DNA of 64,000 nt from Haliotis cracherodii (lineage: Eukaryota). Numbering within the stretch: the first letter of the stretch is position 1; the number at the start of each line of letters is the position of its first letter. The position numbers and the translations under genes were made by a program. The stretch is taken from NCBI RefSeq assembly GCF_022045235.1, contig NW_027266264.1:64108001-64172000 (forward strand). Reading direction: 5' to 3'. The notes under the pieces were generated by a model, which saw only the letters and a program-made list of their open reading frames with translations, did not search any database and was not told where the DNA came from. Below, in pieces: positions 1 through 11,000 of this stretch.

Positions 1-450
1 GGTGTGAGACAAACATATCTAGTACAGTCACGCACAGCGGTGTGAGACAAACATATCTAGTACAGTCACACAAGGACGTTGTGAGACATACATATCTAGT
101 ACAGTCACACATGGACGTTGTGAGACATACATATCTAGTACAGTCACACATGGACGTTGTGAGAAAAACATATCTAGTACAGTCACGCACAGCGGTGTGA
201 GACATACATATCTAGTACAGTCACACATGGACGTTGTGAGACATACATGTCTAGTACAGTCACACACAGCGGTGTGAGACATACATATCTAGTACAGTCA
301 CACATGGACGTTGTGAGACAAACATATCTAGTACAGTCACGCACAGGGGTGTGAGACATACATATCTAGTACAGTCACACATGGACGTTGTGAGACATAC
401 ATGTCTAGTACAGTCACACACAGATGTTTATGAGATATACATGTCTAGCA
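1..450. repeat. Minisatellite, about 11-12 copies of a 38/39-bp unit (TGTGAGACATACATATCTAGTACAGTCACACATGGACGT / ...CGCACAGCGG)
   Basis: TGTGAGA anchors at 3, 41, 80, 119, 158, 196...; two unit variants; runs off the window start. Confidence 0.95.
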
Positions 451-1297
451 TCAGACCGGTATTTTGATAAAGATAAACATTACTTCAGGCGCATCTAGGA
501 CAGTAAATAGTCTTTTAAGATCAACTGAACTGAACCCCCGTCATCCATTTGACACTCCAACGGTTTATTTTTCAAAACCTTTGACAAATTTATATCTGAA
601 ACGCGTTGACCAATTTTTAAATACGTTTGTTGACCTACCAATAATGCAATGATATCGGTATTTGCCATTATGGGTGGTGCCACTTGGAAGCCTGTTCTAT
701 ATATCAAATTCTTAGTCGGCGCCAGAGGTCCTTCTCGAGGTGGGAACAAAAGTCTCCCCCGCCACGTAAACCGAACCAATCACCGCCATGGCAGTGGCAA
801 CACGATAAACCAATATAAATGATCAGCTATTTCATATCAAATCACAGGATTCTGAGTCTTAATAAAAAGGAGACGGGACTCCGTACACCCGATACACATA
901 CATGACATCGTTTGATCCTGTCGATGGACCTGTTCACAAATCTTTAGGAAGTGTTGAAGTAAAACCAACAAAAAATGTTGTTTTGCATAAAAAGATAATA
1001 AATGGGAATGCATATTCGATAATCATCTTTTATGTTTCCATTTCTGTAACACATTCTATGCCCCTGTTTTACAATCATCAGTATTTCACAGGAGTGTATA
1101 CATGAGGTTCCTACATCACCCGTGGATACAAGAAGACTGAAGAAGAAGAAGATTCTGAAGAAGGAAAAGAAGTTGTTAATTGAGATGTATGGTGTTGTTC
1201 AAGTACAGTTATGTCGGGCTACAGTGGTGTACAGCACCTGATCTCGTGCTAAGACGTCTGTCTTGGGGTGGGCTGAAATAAGAGTTTAACGTTTAAC

Positions 1298-1306
1298 GTG
1301 CGTACG

Positions 1307-1342
<36 letters not shown>

Positions 1343-1345
1343 TGT
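1298..1345. repeat. (TGCG)n microsatellite
   Basis: Direct reading. Confidence 0.9.
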
Positions 1346-1377
1346 GCTTGTACACATGCTGGTTTTACACCTTTCCG

Positions 1378-1530
1378 CAGTTTAACATGAATACCCCACC
1401 GAGACACATTATTTTGACTCCGATCCGACCAATTCTTGTTTTATCCTCTTAATGCTGAGCGTCATCGTTTACCATCGTCACCGACATTTCGCTCTCCGGG
1501 CAGACGCTCTATCCACTAAACAACGATGGC
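1378..1530 (-). mobile_element. Degenerate, internally deleted SINE family B copy
   Basis: Reverse-complement similarity to 31552-31843 (gtttaacatgaatacccc...gactccgatccgacca...cttaatgctgagcg). Confidence 0.6.
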
Positions 1531-2582
1531 GTACTGAATGTTCAGAGGCAATGTATTGTATGCGCATGAACCATGATGGCAATCGGAGAAAGCTCAGTTC
1601 CTAAACTACAAATATATATTCCAGGCATGAGATCCTCTGACGTTTTACATGCAGTCTCTGCAACTGCTGAACGTGGCGCATCAACCTCGGAGCAGCGGGA
1701 CTGACAACAGCATGCTCAGCACCAGCATTACATAATAAGGTCATGACCTTTATGCAGTCTGAGTGATCTCCCCTTTTGACGCTCTCCGTCGCGTGCGTCT
1801 GCACCTCACATCAGATCTTAATTACGCCATTCGAGGAGTATAAAACGAAGGAATCTTTGAATAACAACTACATTCACCAGACTTCATCAATCGCAGGACT
1901 AAATCACACGCATATAGAATGAAGGGCGCCAGAGGAGTGGAAAGAAATCGCCTGATTTAGCCTGCCTGTTGCTTTAATTGAATACCAATACCAGCTGAAC
2001 AGCAGTCACTATTCACATCAGTCCTACTTCCGGTAAGCAGTGTGGGGTTCACTCACCATTAGTCACGGGGTCCTGGCACGAGACTTAACCAATGTTAACA
2101 AATGTCAATGGAGCAATCTGCCTGATTGGCAGGCTATCACGCGCTTCGCTGATTTTTCTGAGCACGACAAACGTAAATTGGAGTTCTCCCTGTCTCCCTG
2201 ACATATCGGTGCCATCCGAAGATGTTCTGAGTCGCTAAGTGGCAGGACTCGGATCGAGGCGAGGCCAGGCTACGACATTTCCAATTTCAACTTTCAATTT
2301 CAAGTTCGAAAAGTGCCATATATAACATTCACTAAATTTCGTGGTTTTTGTCCAATGGAGACCCTTTACATTGAATGGACATTGAAATGAAATTGCATGG
2401 AGAAATAAATGGCATCACTGAACGCTTACAAACTTGATTGTGCTGCCTGAAGATCATCGGTAGCCAACAAGGCTTTTTCAAGTAATATTTTGCCCAAAAC
2501 TTACTTGAAATCGTGGACCCTTCCCAACTTCATTTATACATGGGGTATACGGAGACGAAGGGTACTGAACTACTTCGTATGT

Positions 2583-2709
2583 GAGGTGAGGTGAGGTGAG
2601 GTGAGGTGAGGTGAGGTGAGGTGAGGTGAGGTGAGGTGAGGTTAAATTGGGTTTAACGTCGCGTCCAAGATTATTGAACTTATATAGCGACGTCACGACT
2701 TCTAGGAAA
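2583..2709 (-). mobile_element. 5'-truncated SINE family B 3' end with an expanded (CCTCA)n tail
   Basis: (GTGAG) x12 followed by gggtttaacgtcgcgtccaagattattgaacttatatagcgacgt, the reverse complement of the 31785-31843 tail; TSD tcgtatgt at 2575-2582 and 2710-2717. Confidence 0.8.
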
Positions 2710-3987
2710 TCGTATGTTTCATCAGCTTCTATACATAAGTGCTGCAACATATTTTCTCGTTATTAACTTCACGGCTCACTATATTTAATGTCTGTTTACG
2801 TTTAAAATGCGCAGAAATGCCAAACGTGTTAAAACGTATGCAGTAAAAGAACAAAGGGTGATGTCTTCACTACATTATCCAATGATTAGGATATTAATAG
2901 TCGGATCGGATTAGCTAAGTGAAAAGCGCGGACGTCAGAGAAAACACTTCCTGTCCGCGAGAAGGTCCCCGTGTATGATGAAAAGAGAATACAGTAACAC
3001 ACAAACATGAATCTGTGGATTTACAGAAACAGTCTCAAGTGCTTGTATGGGCATAATGTCTCGGAACTGGAGTGAAAACTTTCGGGAGAATAAAACTCGT
3101 CTACGGCAAATCGAATGTGTTTTAATGCGCCATGTTCCGGACTCTTATCGACCGAGCAGCTCTGCTCAGGAGGAGGAAGGGGGGTCTAGTGAGAGGCTGG
3201 CATTGATGAATCGAGGCCTAACTCCCAGATTACTGCTGCCATACACCGGGAACGCGCCTGGCTAAAAAGGCCAAAAGGAAAATTAAGGGAACGGGGAAAC
3301 GAGATCGGCATTCGATTTTTTGTGGAAGAAATCCGAAACACACTGTTTGAACCTAATTTGTTGGCCCGGCTTAATTGATCATTTGTCACATTTTGTTCGG
3401 ATTTACTTAACGAGGGCCAGAATGAAACTAGAGGAGTTTATTCAATGATTTTGCCCCATGTCAACTTCTTTTAACATCGTTCAGAAAATGTATCCAAGTT
3501 TTTCATCGACTGGATCAGCACAATACAGCCATGCATGTCTTCCACATCTTCATTCACCAATGTGACAAGTGAAAAATATCTTCTTTAATCAATATTTTTT
3601 TCTTTCGACCGTAGGATAATTCTCTGCTTACAAGACCCCGAAAATAAGGAATACAAATGAATGTTTGATCAAAGATACGTCCATGGAAACACAATCAGCC
3701 TATGTTAACATTAAAATAGTATTGGAACTCCATACTGCATAAACAGTTTAATCCAGACATGGCAAAGCAATTTTGATCTACAACTAAAAATCGAAAGCCA
3801 TTTCTGTCAAATAAAGATATTTGATTCATTTGGAATCCAGGGTCCCGAAAGCATAGGACGCCGAGTTCCAGACGAATATTCTGCTACAGAAATAAGATAA
3901 ATGTAAATTGTATGAATTCATTTGACATTAAGGCGAAAGGGGCTATGCGAAATAGCCTTAGAGCACAATACCATGTTGGGTGTAACT

Positions 3988-4082
3988 GTTTGGTGTTTAA
4001 TGCCGCACTGCAATAATTGAGCTGTATGACGGTGGCCTGAAAATAATGGAGTATGGACCAGACAAACAGTGGTTGACATAAT
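3988..4082 (-). mobile_element. Truncated 3' part of retroposon family C, starting about 12 nt after the exon 4 donor
   Basis: tgtttaatgccgcactgcaataattgagctgtatgacggtggcctgaaataatggagtatggaccagacaaacagtggttgacat matches the minus-strand copy at 59790-59880. Confidence 0.7.
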
Positions 4083-4094
4083 TCTGCTACTCAC

Positions 4095-5076
4095 TGCCAT
4101 TTCCTCATCTTCGTTTTTCATATGGTCAGCTATAAACTTGACCCCTTTAAGAGCTTCTTTGACATCTGGGGTAAAGTTGCCTTCCTCCTCCATCTCATCA
4201 GACCGACATCCATGTCGGACATTCTCGTACATGTGCCAGTCACGTGACCTTGCTGCGGCCGCCGCCGCTGCCGCCGTTTCTCTCATTTCTATGCCGTTGC
4301 AAGTTCTTACGGCCACCTTCGGCGCCTTATCGAGAGATGGTCGTTTAATTAACAATATTTTAGGCAATATCTCCGTGAAAACTCTCCTAACCCACGGAGA
4401 CATTTTATGCGTTGTTGGTGTTTTAAAATTGATATGCAGCGTGTAAACCGTCAGAAATATAGACATAGTCACTACTATCATAATGAAAAGTAAATATTTC
4501 CCAATTAATGGTATCACAAGCGACGTAGGAGGGTTTATATCAGATAACAACAGGAAGAACACTGTCAACGCCAGCAATATAGATATTGACAACGTGATCT
4601 TTTCTCCGGAATCAGAAGGCAGGTAAAACACGAGCACAGTAAGACAAGAGATGGAGATGCAGGGCATGATCAAATTGAGCGTGTAGAAGAGCGTACGCCG
4701 CCGCAGGGTGATGTTGAACGTAATATCGGGGTAGGGGCCTGGGCAGCAAGCGTAGAACTTCTCCTTGCGTCTTGCTGTCACGTTGATGATGTCCCATTCG
4801 ACGTTGTGGTAGTAGTCTCTGATGTCAATGCCGCGGGTGATGACGAGACCGTCGTTTTGGGTCTCCACGCCATTGCACATATGCTGTAGATCTAACTCGT
4901 TACCATTGTAGGTCCAGGAACTAAATTTAAGGAAGCAATGCTGCATATCAAATGGGAAGAACTCGACGTCAATGGGACAGTAGCTTTTGTAGATTGATGG
5001 CGGCTCCCATACTATCTTGCCGTTATAATTCACTGTAGCTTTTGTCTGTAATGTTATCACAAATTCTCCGTCGGCG
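4095..5076 (-). CDS. nAChR alpha coding exon 4 (982 nt): loop E, Cys-loop, loops B/F/C, M1-M3 and intracellular loop to the MA helix
   Basis: Acceptor ttgcag|C GCC GAC completes the AA+C Asn codon; core of ORF 3918..5093; donor ATG GCA|gtgagt at 4094. Confidence 0.96.
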
Positions 5077-8000
5077 CTGCAATGTACAGACAAGTAGTAT
5101 TACACAATGACAAATGCGTTACCTCGAGTGAGTAAGTATAGTTTTTCGCTGCTTTTAGCAATATTCCAGCTATTTCACGACGTAGGACACCAGAAATGGG
5201 CTTCACACATAGTACCCATGTAGGGAATCGAGCCCGGGTCATCGGCGAGTCGAACGAACGCTTTAACCACTAGGCTACTCCATCTCCCATGCGTTATTTT
5301 GAAGTCCTTGTGATCAAAATTGATTTGGAGTCATACAATGTTCGAGACAAGGTGAGCTGTGACATTATAGTGCAAAGGACATTTTCGGAATAATAACATT
5401 ACATCCTCTAATGTGATATAGTATTAAGTTAATTAAGTTCGCTACAACAAGACATCCGTCGAAACTAGCATTGGTGTAAGACAATTTGTAAGGTTAATTA
5501 CAAATTGCACCGATTAACGATTACATCATTCACAAAATATGACTTTAGGGTCATTAAACAATTCGTAAATTAAAGTTTTAACCTTATTCAACATTACTGA
5601 ATGTGAAACAACGACACAGTGACTTAAAACCTTTTAAATCGATGTAAATCGTATTTGAAAAGATGTGTAACCAATGTTTTTTATTTGAAAACGGCAAGAC
5701 ATACAATTATTCACATTCTACATAATTATCACATTATAGTGACAGTGATAACTACAGGTTTTCGAGATATCAAGGTGTTATATTCTGATTTTCACTGACC
5801 TGAAAATCGCTATAAGTAAATTCACATTAATTTTTTTGAATAGCATTGGCCACTTACTTGTTGTAGAGGACAATATCAGGTCTCCAGAGCTGGTTAGACG
5901 GGATATGCAATTTCTTAACTCCGCCATAATCATCCGGGTCCCATTTCAGCCTGAGATCCGTCCATTCCTTCAACATAATATATAAATTACGGTTACAGAA
6001 AGAAAACATCCCTTGGTACCATAGGATCAACGGTTGCGGTAACAAACGCCTGTGACGAAGTATACAACACCTGTCTTAGTTATACAAACGCCCAGTAAGT
6101 TAGAGGTACTGTGAATATCCATAGTCAACGCCAGAGAATAACCAGTTTCGATTAAAAGAAACAGATTCCATTGGGCGTAAAAGGCAAAATAGCAGAGAAT
6201 ATCTTGTGAATGGATCAGTGAAAGTAATAATCACATTTAAAAATATACCGACGTCATATGGCTGCAATATTGCTGAGTGCGGCGTAAAACAACAAACCAT
6301 CAAACCATCATTGAAAATTAACATTTCCAAGGACATCCATCATGTCCAGTGAACAGTGATTTGGGGTGGGGGGTGGGGGGTGGGGGGTGGGGGGTAATAA
6401 TCCTTTACTTTATCAAACAAATTGTTTAATGTCATAGTGAGAGTGTGAGTTTGGTACAACGCTGCTATTAGTATATCATTTATATAACGGCGTGTCAAAT
6501 TGATGTAGGAGGAAATACAGACACGAGGCAGGTCTTTATGTCAATCAATATTCCAGTCGCTCCGGCCATTGGTGTCAACATGTTATAACTATTAGCTAGT
6601 ACACTCGAGGATGCTTTTTTCACGAACATTCAAAGAGCGTCATACATGTACGCCCCTTGCTCCAAAGTTGTTTGGTCAGGGCTGCAACACAAGACAACAT
6701 CACACACGTGGAGGACAACTGTGAAACATCAGTGACCAAACTTCCTGTTTTGACTTGCACCACGTCTCCTGTGCTTTTTCAGATGGACAACTGACTTGCC
6801 TTTATCTTTGCCGCCCGTGAGGCATGATACTCTCACCTATTCGCGAACACCTGTTAACATCACTATTTGACAGTGATTCATGCATATGATAAAAAGGATT
6901 TTTGGCAGAGAGTTCTTATGATCCTGGAATTGTTTTGTCGCTTTTTAGACACCTTTGGTGAAACCCAGGTTTGGTGCTGACAAACCAAGAAACATAATCA
7001 GGACGAACCGGGATTCGAACCGACGATCATAGGTTTTTTAAGGGCAGCAACACTGCACAGATAATTACATCGCCTTGGACGAGTTGGGCAAACGTGTCCC
7101 TTATGTCACACAAAGAATATGTCACACAAGAAAACCAGATTGTCGAAACCAGATGTATTCTCCCTGGGGTCCATTCACTCAAAACGACAACAACCGGACA
7201 GACAGCATCACTTGTTTTTCACAACGACAGCACGATGATGATAGCTGAAGTAATAGAACAAAGGCCTGGTGTCTGTCTAACTGAGTTCGGCAAAGTTTGA
7301 ACATGATTCACGTTCATGGTGCTTCAAAACTCCTCCCACTGGGGTAATGAAAGCATTATCGTTATATCAATCGCCCACAGAGACCTAATTAATGTCATGA
7401 CTTTGAAATGTAAACCAAATTGTGTATTTTATTTCCTGTTCTCGTAGTACGGCTGTCTATTTAATTGGCTCAGGTTTTATTTAAAAAAAACCCCAAAATA
7501 TTAAGAAGATTGTTATGTCACGAGGGATACTTGATGCGTTGAAACACGTTTGAATATTTTTCTACGATTTGGTTTGCGCATTTGACCAAAACAGTTGCTT
7601 CTTAAAACCCGCATGGACATATGTATTTCATGACATACACGCATCATTCAAGTGGTAATGCAGGGAACAATCAATTCCAAGTAAGACATTGTGGTGAGTG
7701 AGTTTGGTTTAACGCCGCTTTGATCAGTATTTCAGATAAAATATTAATTCAGAAAGAACTTTACTTCTTTTCACAATTTCGAAAGAGCTTTGTGACACCA
7801 CTGCGACACCATGCATAATCACATGACAAGTAATACTGTACATATACTGTATGCTTCAAATAAACAAACGTAAAGTACCCTTCAGTGTATACTGCCATTT
7901 CAGCCATCTTGATCTTGAAGATTGGGGCATCTTGCTCAACAATATGAGCAAGAGGCATTATAATAGCTCTACCGCAGATGAACACGATAAAAAATTTCAA

Positions 8001-11000
8001 GACGTAAAAGCACTCAGTGAATGTGTAATTTTGTGCGGTAATTTCCTGTAGATGTTATCCTTTGTTTATTTTGGAAACACTGTGGACATCTTTCTGACGC
8101 GGGGATACACACTCAGGGCATGCCCACTTCTTTCTTGGGGAACGAGGGAAGCTGATATTTACCAATCAAAGATGGAGTATATCGATATGGCGAACACTGA
8201 TTGACTGGGGTCGACAGGCGACGTGTGGCACAAAATTGCCAAAATGAGTTCATTTAATGAATAGAAATGTCTTGAAGACAAACCATGTTCCCTTGGCTCA
8301 ATCAAACGCAGCTATTCTTCCAATTCCTGCCTCCGATCAAGGGTTTCCAATGACACCAATTTTCCTAATTATGTCGGGAAGTTGACCCCAGCACTGTAAT
8401 CATCAAGACTGATTGTCACATTGCCATATGAACCTACAGTTAGGAGGGAAGACGAAGTCGTTTTGCTGACGAACCAAATTTTGTTTGTTTGGTCTATGGC
8501 AGACAGTGGTGGCTAGAATTCTAGTTGACATGGGTTCACGTTGATAGCCGTTTTCATTACCCAGGGAGTGTCCCGTGATTACTATGTGAAGTTATGTTTA
8601 CTATCTGACAGGATCCGCTTGTGTTGTGTTTAAATCCAAGAATTTGATCTTTGGTTTGTCAGCACCATGACTTCCCTTTGGTTTCACGAGCATCGTCACT
8701 TTGGGATTTCCTCTGATAACACGCTAACACGCTGATTGTTAATTGGAAGAAATTCAATTGGGAAATATATATTTCTACTGAATTCTTTCCAAACCTCGCC
8801 ATATTCCCAATAGGTATATATTTTCATAAATAATGCTTATTGAGTTGTTCTTCCAATAGGATAACCTATATGATTATTGAAACCAGTAGTTGTAACCAGT
8901 GGTTGGGAACAGGGGGCTAATGACACGTTGTAAATACTGAACGGAATATATGAAAATGGCAACATAACCAACGTCTCACTTACGTTACATTGTATCATCC
9001 AGTTAACTGTAATATAATTTAGGTTCCGTGACAAGCATGTATAAACCTGATAACGGAGCAAGAAGTAGTCCTGAAATGTTGCGTACACTAGCATATAATG
9101 TAGAAGCTATCCACAACGGCATTTAAAGCCACTAACCATTTTACTCCGTTAGTAATGTCTAGCTATATACAGACTTTGTAGTAATCTAGCCTGGGCAAAC
9201 CAACTAGTGTTCGATAGAATGAGCAATGATCCACGCCGGCAGGATACGTGGACACAAGCAGGCCATCCATTGTAACCAGCCAATCTTCATTTTCGACGTC
9301 TCTTACGAGTAGCAGGGGGTGTTACATGCATTGTTGGTTGGAGTATGTCTATGTGCTTCAGACCTTAATTTGTTTCAGCCTTTCATCTCTTCTCTCTATA
9401 GCTGATGATTCAGATACAATCTTTTTTTAAAAGTACGATAAACGTTTGGGCGAGAGTCATCAACCAGACACACGCACCGACACACGCGTATCAGTATTGT
9501 CCAAAATCACCCATTCCGCACTTGGACTTGATGTGTGTACTTAAAAAGGTGGGGCACTTAGTTCTACAGTGCCCGATTGCCGCTTTCCCAGGAACTGCGA
9601 CTATTAATTCACAGAGAAACGAATTAGTGTATAGATTTTTTGGAGGAATTACACAATGTCCTTCACTAATTGCAAACATTAATGGAATTTGAAGATAACA
9701 ATAGTCAGAAACAAAGACGTGCAGCCGATAGAGCAATTAGCATATAATTTTTTCGTTTTGTATGTTTAGAAAAAAATACAAACCATAGCGTGTCAAAGCA
9801 AATCTCAATATCACCCTCTAAATTTGCTTTCAAGGAGCTTCCAGGTTACAAGGTGGCAATTTGCCATTGTTGTTTTTTTGAACACTGTCAAATAATGTGT
9901 TATTATTTGACATTTCTTCAACCCATACGAGAAAAGCACGTTGTTGACACGAACAAAACAAAAATGATAACAGTGCTTTGGTTCTTCTTGTTTCTAATTA
10001 TTGAAAATGAGTGGCCTGCGGCACGTGCGGTGTTTGCGAATCAGTCTTTATCATTTTCAGCAAAGGCATTTTTATCATCTCAGCACTGTTGCCATCTGTA
10101 AGCGTCGGCATTGCCTATTAACACNNNNNNNNNNNNNNNNNNNNNNNNNNNNNNNNNNNNNNNNNNNNNNNNNNNNNNNNNNNNNNNNNNNNNNNNNNNN
10201 NNNNNNNNNNNNNNNNNNNNNNNNNNNNNNNNNNNNNNNNNNNNNNNNNNNNNNNNNNNNNNNNNNNNNNNNNNNNNNNNNNNNNNNNNNNNNNNNNNNN
10301 NNNNNNNNNNNNNNNNNNNNNNNNNNNNNNNNNNNNNNNNNNNNNNAGCCACTGTCAGTGGGTAAGTGAGTGTGTTGGGATTCATGCTGCTTTAAGCAAT
10401 GTTAGTCACGATATGGCTGAAATAATGCCGATGTGACGTTAAATTTTAACTCACTCACTAATTTTAAGCAATATTTCAGTTATTTCACAGCCTGGCAGCA
10501 AATTGTGGGTTGTGGGGTGGAGGAAACCCCGATGTTATTCAGGTCTTTGTAACGACTAATCAGTTACAATTAAAACCTACAATCATAGGATGCTGTCATG
10601 CCCAAGGGATGCAACTGCGAACTGCGGCGCTTTGGACGAACAGGCCTCCCATGAAGTCCGCAGACATGTGCGATATATATACAGAGTATGGCAGTATACA
10701 GACGGATGATGTGTTGAGATTTCCACATTTCATATTTCGAACACTAGACAAGGTGATATTCGCATCACGTGTTCCAGTGCCATTAGTTTCACACCGGATC
10801 TCTTAATGGACATAGTATCGGACTTACGTGGTGCAGCCAGACGCTGAGTGATATCACTTGTTTTTTCTCATCCTGAAAGAAACAAAGAAACTTTTTAAAA
10901 AGGTAATGTCAATGTTACAAGATCTGCAATACTTGTGTTCTACAATGTTAGGAAACAGTACGGGAACAAATGCTGGGAATATTATGTTAATTCAGATTAA

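Noticed and set aside
1-450. CRISPR-like periodicity and ORF 28..282
   Set aside because: Units are contiguous with no unique spacers, there are no cas genes and the context is eukaryotic; the ORF is a translation of the minisatellite.
2890-3060. Minus-strand RLFL*I...GT segment as the missing M4 exon
   Set aside because: In-frame stop, no DW..VAMV.DR motif and no suitable acceptor; the real last exon probably lies left of base 1.
4069-4446. Antisense ORFs overlapping exon 4 and alternative-frame ORF 4612..4797
   Set aside because: Shadows of the real coding exon with no independent protein features.
5077-5093. ORF-track starts for nAChR pieces (5093, 6045, 53207)
   Set aside because: These extensions are intronic or UTR; splice sites and the ATG at 53192 define the true boundaries.
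10001-10385. ORFs containing long X runs (also near 14.7, 29.3, 39.9, 56.8 and 60.6 kb)
   Set aside because: Artefacts of translating N-gaps.
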